From contig OZ024747.1 in NCBI GenBank assembly GCA_964016885.1, positions 38,626,001 to 38,690,000 of the forward strand: DNA of 64,000 bases. The letters are read 5' to 3'. Source of the DNA: Eledone cirrhosa (taxonomy: Eukaryota). The translations under genes and the position numbers were made by a program. The notes beneath the pieces were generated by a model. The model saw only the letters and a list, made by a program, of their open reading frames with translations. It ran no database searches and was not told where the DNA came from. Positions 58,146-64,000 of this stretch are shown piece by piece. Position 1 is the stretch's first letter, and the number at the start of each line of letters is the position of its first letter.

Positions 58146-61100
58146 TTCGTTTCTGAATTTGTTTAGCAAGATTATTTATCTGAAATCGTGTGTTGAAACC
58201 GATATTGTTATACTTTGGGAGGGTCATGTTGCCAATAAGAAACACACGCACCAGTCGCTTTCACTTCAATTAATTATAATAAATTTATAATAAATTTATA
58301 AATTTATAAATTTCTGGTTGATTGGTTGGTCCCACAACCAGATAGTTGTTTATATATTATCATAGTTCTTTTGTCACACACTCTGTGACCTCTTCAATGA
58401 CTGGGGATTCCTTTCTTTGTTTTTGTGCCTCTCCTTTGTTCTGTCCTACGTCATTTCTCTGCGTGTGTTGTTTCTGTGTGTGTGTTGTGTGCTCAGTCTG
58501 CGCATGCGCCACATCCGGGTGTCTGTGTGTGTTTATGTTCATTTATTTATTTGTTTATTTACATATTACTGGTTGGTTGTTTGTTCTATGTGTGTGTGTG
58601 TTTTCATTTTGTCCTTAATTGTAAGTTGTGATGTTGCTGTTCCACTCATATTTTCTATTTAATTTTGGTTGTAATTCTTTTATGTTTATTGCCTCTGTGA
58701 TTTGTCTAATCATTGCGTCTTTTCTGTGTGTAGATTCTATTTTTATTTCTATGTTCTCTAATTTACCCTTGTGTTCTATTTTAGCATGTTGGTAGAGTAC
58801 AGATGATTCTTTACTATCTTGAAGGTCTCGCCAGTGTTCATTTATCCGTTCCCCTACACTACGAGCTGTCTCACCTATGTACACTATATTTTTGTCTCTA
58901 CATTGTCCTTCAGTACATCTTATGCTATACACTACATTTCTAGTTTTACAGTTAATATGGGGGCTTATTTTACAGGTTATACATTTCTTATCTTTACATG
59001 AGGGTCTTTGAAAAGGGTATGTCTTGCTAATAAGTGTTTTTACGGAGGTACCTGGTCTTTCTACTATCTTAATATTGAGTTTATGTTTATCTATGGCCCT
59101 TCTAAATGTGTAAGCTAATTCACCACTAGGGGTTGTATCGATGAACATTAAACTCTGGTATTTATTGCTATCATACCATGAGTTTATTCTATTAGCCTTG
59201 TTCCTAGTTCTTTCTATTCTATTCCAAAATGTGCTCCTATACAAGGGGCAGGTATCATTTATGTCATTATTTACCATTTTTTCCCATTTGGTTCTGGCTC
59301 CTCTATACACTCTGATTTTATCTCTCTGATTGTAGCCAGAGAACTGCATACGGTGGATGAAGTGTTGTATGTGTCTCTCTAGTTCTTCGGGGTTGCACAT
59401 GCGGGACACGTTTCTCATCACCCGTACCAAATCCGCAATCAGTATGTTGATTTTGGTATGGTCCGAAATGGCCGAGTTTCGGTGGATCAGATGTTTGGAA
59501 GTCATGGGTTAGGCATAATGGGAATGGAGGATGTGTTTTTTGTTATTAATGGTATCTAACCAGAGCTCTGTGTCTAGTACAGGTAATCGATGGTTGGGGT
59601 GTTTAATTGGGTAGTCTATAGTAACTCTAATGCTCTGGTGGATGGAGTTAGCTATTTGCTGGATGCTTTCCATTGTGTTTTCTCTAGTTCCTGACTGTTC
59701 TCTAGTGGGGGTGTCTTAACTACGATCTTTATATCATCAACATAGCGGGAGTACATTTTCAGGGTTAAGGGGTCTTCTAATTGTTCTTTAAGTTTAAGTT
59801 TAATCTACTGTCCCACCATACCATGAATAAGTTAGCTATGTCGCCTGCAATGCTAACACCAATGGGTGCTCCTTCCTCTTGGGCATATGTTTTTCCATTA
59901 AATTTGAACATATGTTCCTTAAGGGTTAATTTTATGCTGGCCCCTACCGCATGTGCAATCATTTTCTTCAGTTCATCGTGGTTTTCGGGTGTCCGTATGG
60001 CTCTGGTCCACCCGTTCCATCTATCTGTGTGGGTTTTCTTGGCCATTGAGGTAATGGTAGGTCTGCCTCTTGCTGGTCTTGTAGGGCACAGGTTGCTAAG
60101 GTCATATATGTCTAGGTAATTATTACTATAGGTAAGTTTAAGTAGGAGTCCCAACTCACTGGTATCAATCCCACGGAACTCAACATTGCTCTCAGTGATC
60201 CTTTCTACGCATTTCTCCACAGCAAAATCCACGTCAATAGATCGATACAGGGACACAACATCCATACTACCTATTATGCAGTTTGTTAGGTCCCTAGATC
60301 GGTTACTCTCGCCGATTCTGCTGAGGAGGTCCTCCGTGCTGTCACTGCCCGTGTTATGGTCTTTATGGAAGTTGTTGGCCGTCCTTTTGTTGGGCTGCAT
60401 TATATTCGTCGACATCACCATATGGGCATTGAGGGCTTTTTCACTATCCTCATGCTCCTGTGGTGTTACCTCTCTTGTGTTAGTGATGTGGGGTTGCATT
60501 GCCTGGATGTAGTTTGGCAGGCTGTCAACCGACATTCTGCCAGACTTGTCTGTTGGAAAGCATGCTCTCTCTCCATTTCGCGAGCGCTGTATGAGCTTAC
60601 GCAAGCCATTTGCAGATATTTCTCCCAGTTGTTAGGCCTCCAATCTATTATGCTTCTTGCTATGCTGTTCTATAATATTTCTAAGTTCGGATCTAGCTAT
60701 ACTAAATTGTGCTTCTGTTTGTTCATCGACGTGCGACGGCAATTGCGTGCGTTTGTTAAATGGTAAAGTCGTGGCGTGGACTCGTCACAGGTCGAACGAT
60801 TTATCGGAGGGATTATAAAAAGTAGAGTTCCAGGCTGCTGCTTTATGTGTACTAGTGCTATTGTTATTGTTAGTTGTGTTGTTTCTATTTCTATTTCAAC
60901 CAACAGCCTCATGGTTGTTTCTATGTCTCTCATAATTACTCTTGTCTAAACGTATCCCGCATGTGCAACCCCGAAGAACTAGAGAGACACATACAACACT
61001 TCATCCACCGTATGCATTTCTCTGGCTACAATCAGAGAGATAAAATCAGAGTATATAGAAGAGCCAGAACCAAATGGGGAAAAATGGTAAATAATGACAT

Positions 61101-62133
61101 AAATGATACCTGCCCCTTGTATAGGAGCACATTTTGGAATAGAATAGAAAGAACTAGGAACAAGGCTAATAGAATAAACTCATGGTATGATAGCAATATA
61201 TACCATAGTGTAATGCTCAACGATACAACCCCTAGAGGTGAATTAGCTTACAAAATTAGAAGGGCCCTAGATAAACATAAACTCAATAATAAGATAGTAG
61301 AAAGACCAGGTACCTCCGTAAAAACACTTATTAGCAAGACATACCCTTTTCAAAGACCCTCATGTATAGATGAGAAATGTATAACCTGTAAAATAAGCCC
61401 CTATATTAACTGTAAACTAGAAATGTAGTGTATAGCATAAGATGTACTGAAGGACAATGTAGAGACAAAAATATAGTGTACATAGGTGAGACAGCTCGTA
61501 GTGTAGGGGAACGGATAAATGAACACTGGCGAGATCTTCAAGATAGTAAAGAATCATCTGTACTCTACCAACATGCTAAAATAGAACACAAGGGTAAATT
61601 AGAGAACATAGAAATAAAAATAGAATCTACACACAGAAAAGACGCAACGATTAGACAAATCACAGAGACAATAAACATAAAAAATTACAACCAAAATTAA
61701 ATAGAAAATATGAGTGGAACAGCAACATCACAACTTACAATTAAGGACAAAATGAAAACGCACACACACATAGAACAAACAACCAACCAGTAACATGTAA
61801 ATAAACAAACAAATAAAGGAACATAAACACACACATACACCCGGATGTGGCGCATGCGCAGACTGAGCAAACAACACACACACAGAAACAAAATGGCGTA
61901 GGACAGGACAAAGGAGAGGCACAGAAATAAATAAAGGAATCCCCAGTCACTGAAGAGGTCACATAGTGTGTGACGAAAGAACTATGACAATATATAAACA
62001 ACTATCTGGTTGTGGAACCAACCAACCAACCAGAAATTTATAAATTTATAAATTTATTATAATAAATTGAAGTGAAAGCAACTGGTGCGTGTGTTTCTTA
62101 TTGGCAACATGACCCTCCCAAAGTATAACAATA
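58146..62133. mobile_element. PLE (same family as 21539-23743) bipolar insertion: 58146-60945 (-) + 60946-62133 (+)
   Basis: PTDKSG, GSMDVVSLY, GAPIGVSIAGDIAN, GIY-YIG on both arms; frameshifts; inverted UTRs. Confidence 0.9.
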
Positions 62134-62135
62134 TA

Positions 62136-62170
<35 letters not shown>

Positions 62171-62173
<3 letters not shown>

Positions 62174-64000
62174 TTGGATTATTCAATGATTTGGATTATT
62201 CAATGAAAAATATACCCACTCCTTCCAACACAACTTACACCAAAATCCTCATAGATAAAATCGAACAAGTCGTTAAAAGAATGAGATGGAAGGCAATGGT
62301 TCACGATGGACTATTCAGTGCTGATACTAAAGATTGTTTTGACATTAAATCCCGCAAATATCCACCTAGAATTAAAGACATGGCCAACTTCGAATTAGAC
62401 CTCGTTAATATAATTAGTGATATCAAATTTTGTAAGTACAATAATAACTTTCAAACTAAACTTTCTAACGATATTTCTAATTTTAGAAATTCTACAAACA
62501 CTTTCGTTCTTTCTGATAAAACTAAAAACCTCTTTGAAGTTAATAGTATTTTGTATAACCAACTTTTATCTAATAGTATTACCAATAAATATCAATTAAC
62601 TACTAATAAACCTACAATACTATCAATAAAGAAGCTAAAGAACTAGCTAGTTCTTTACAAATAGATAACCGGATTGAAAGCTTAGCTAAGCGTAAAGCAT
62701 ATATTACCTTAAAGACCATAAATTGAACTTTACTAATCGACCTAGTTGTAGACTGATTAACCCGGCTAAATCCGAGGTTGGCCTTGCAAGTAAGAAAATC
62801 TTAAGAAAATAATTCTCCAAATTAGAACTAACACTGTCCTATCACAGTGGCTAAATACTTCCTCTGTTATTTCTTGGTTCAATAATATACACGGTAAAAA
62901 TAAGTGTAGATTTACCCAATTTGATATTGTCGATTTTTACCCTTCTATTACTGTTTCCTTATTAACTAATGCCTTAGATTTTGCAAGACCCATCATTAAT
63001 ACCTCTAAATTAGAAGAGGACATTATCTTTCATGCTAGAAAAAATTTACTTTTTACTAATGATAATATTTGGGTTAAAAAGTCAAACCCTGAAAACTCTT
63101 TTGACGTTGCAATGGGTTCATATGACAGTGCGGATGTGTGTGACTTAGTAGGATTATTCCTTCTCCACACACTCAAAGAGAAATTTCCGTCCCATAATAT
63201 CGGTTTATACCGTGATGACGGATTAGCAGTTTCTCATACCACCAACGGCCATAATCTTGATAAATTCCGTAAAGATTTAATCAATACTTTTGCTAATCTT
63301 AACCTTAAAATTACGATAGATACGAACCTTACTAATGCTATCTTTCTTGATATTAATCTTGATCTACTTACTGCCTCTTTTAAACCCTATCATAAACCTA
63401 ATGAAAATCTTAGGTATATACACAAAGAGTCTTGCCATCCCCCTATAGTTTTTAATAATCTTATTCCTAACATTAGCCGTAGGATTTCTACCTTATCTTC
63501 GTCTATAGACTTTTTTAATAAAGCCGCCCCTTATTATAATAAAGCCCTTAAGAACAGCGGTTGTTTTACAGAAAAAATTTCTTATTTACCTACTCCTCCC
63601 CCCTAAAACTAACCATAATAACAGGAAAAGGAAGATTATTTGGTTCACACCCCCCTTCTCTCTAACTGTCAAAACTAATGGAGGAAGGAAATTCCTTGAA
63701 CTATTAGACAAACATTTTCCTCCTAATCATAGATATTATAAGATTTTTAATAGGAATATAGTTAAGATCAGCTACTCTTGTTGCCCATCTATGAAGTCCA
63801 AAATCACCAGTTCAAACCGTACGAGAATAAATCCAGGATGCAGTTGCAGGAAGCCGGATGAATGCCCATTGCAGGGTAAATGTAACACAAAATCTGTCGT
63901 TTATGAGGCAAAGATAACGCCAGTAATCAACAACCAGCCAGCCAGGTGTGAGCGATATGTCGGTATGACCCAGGACAGGTTTAAAACCAGATTTTACTCA
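62171..64000 (+). pseudogene. Naiad-like PLE polyprotein, frameshifted, runs off the window
   Basis: YSMKNIPTP, KRMRWKA, QFDIVDFYPSI, MGSYD, GLYRDDG, GCSCRKPDECPLQGKC, VVYEA..YVGMT. Confidence 0.88.

Noticed and set aside
58359-58403. Hammerhead in the left arm of 58146-62133 as another U3 variant
   Set aside because: C3U without G8A, plus loss of G12; simply decayed

Overview
AT-rich eukaryotic DNA, most likely Octopus (inferred from the tRNA-derived SINE), with no recognisable host gene. The window is a dense nest of Penelope-like retroelements (PLEs; RT + GIY-YIG) of Neptune-like, Nematis/Neptune-like and Naiad-like types, almost all abutting (TA)n microsatellites. It also holds SINEs, a deleted mariner, and CR1 and R4-like LINE fragments. 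Reading by eye I find about 40 intact or decayed minimal type I hammerhead ribozyme (HHR) motifs. The main observation is two unrelated families of non-coding tandem repeats with one HHR per unit (483 bp at 1-944; 465/466 bp at 25518-27855 and 55506-56790). These look like non-LTR retrozymes, i.e. probable circular-RNA parasites of the neighbouring PLEs. Most insertions, retrozymes included, are bipolar: two 3' ends face outward into (TA)n, and sometimes the two arms come from different templates or families. Several HHR families carry a compensatory U3-A8 core or a U4C core. All calls are manual; no searches or folding were run, and boundaries are approximate to a few bases.
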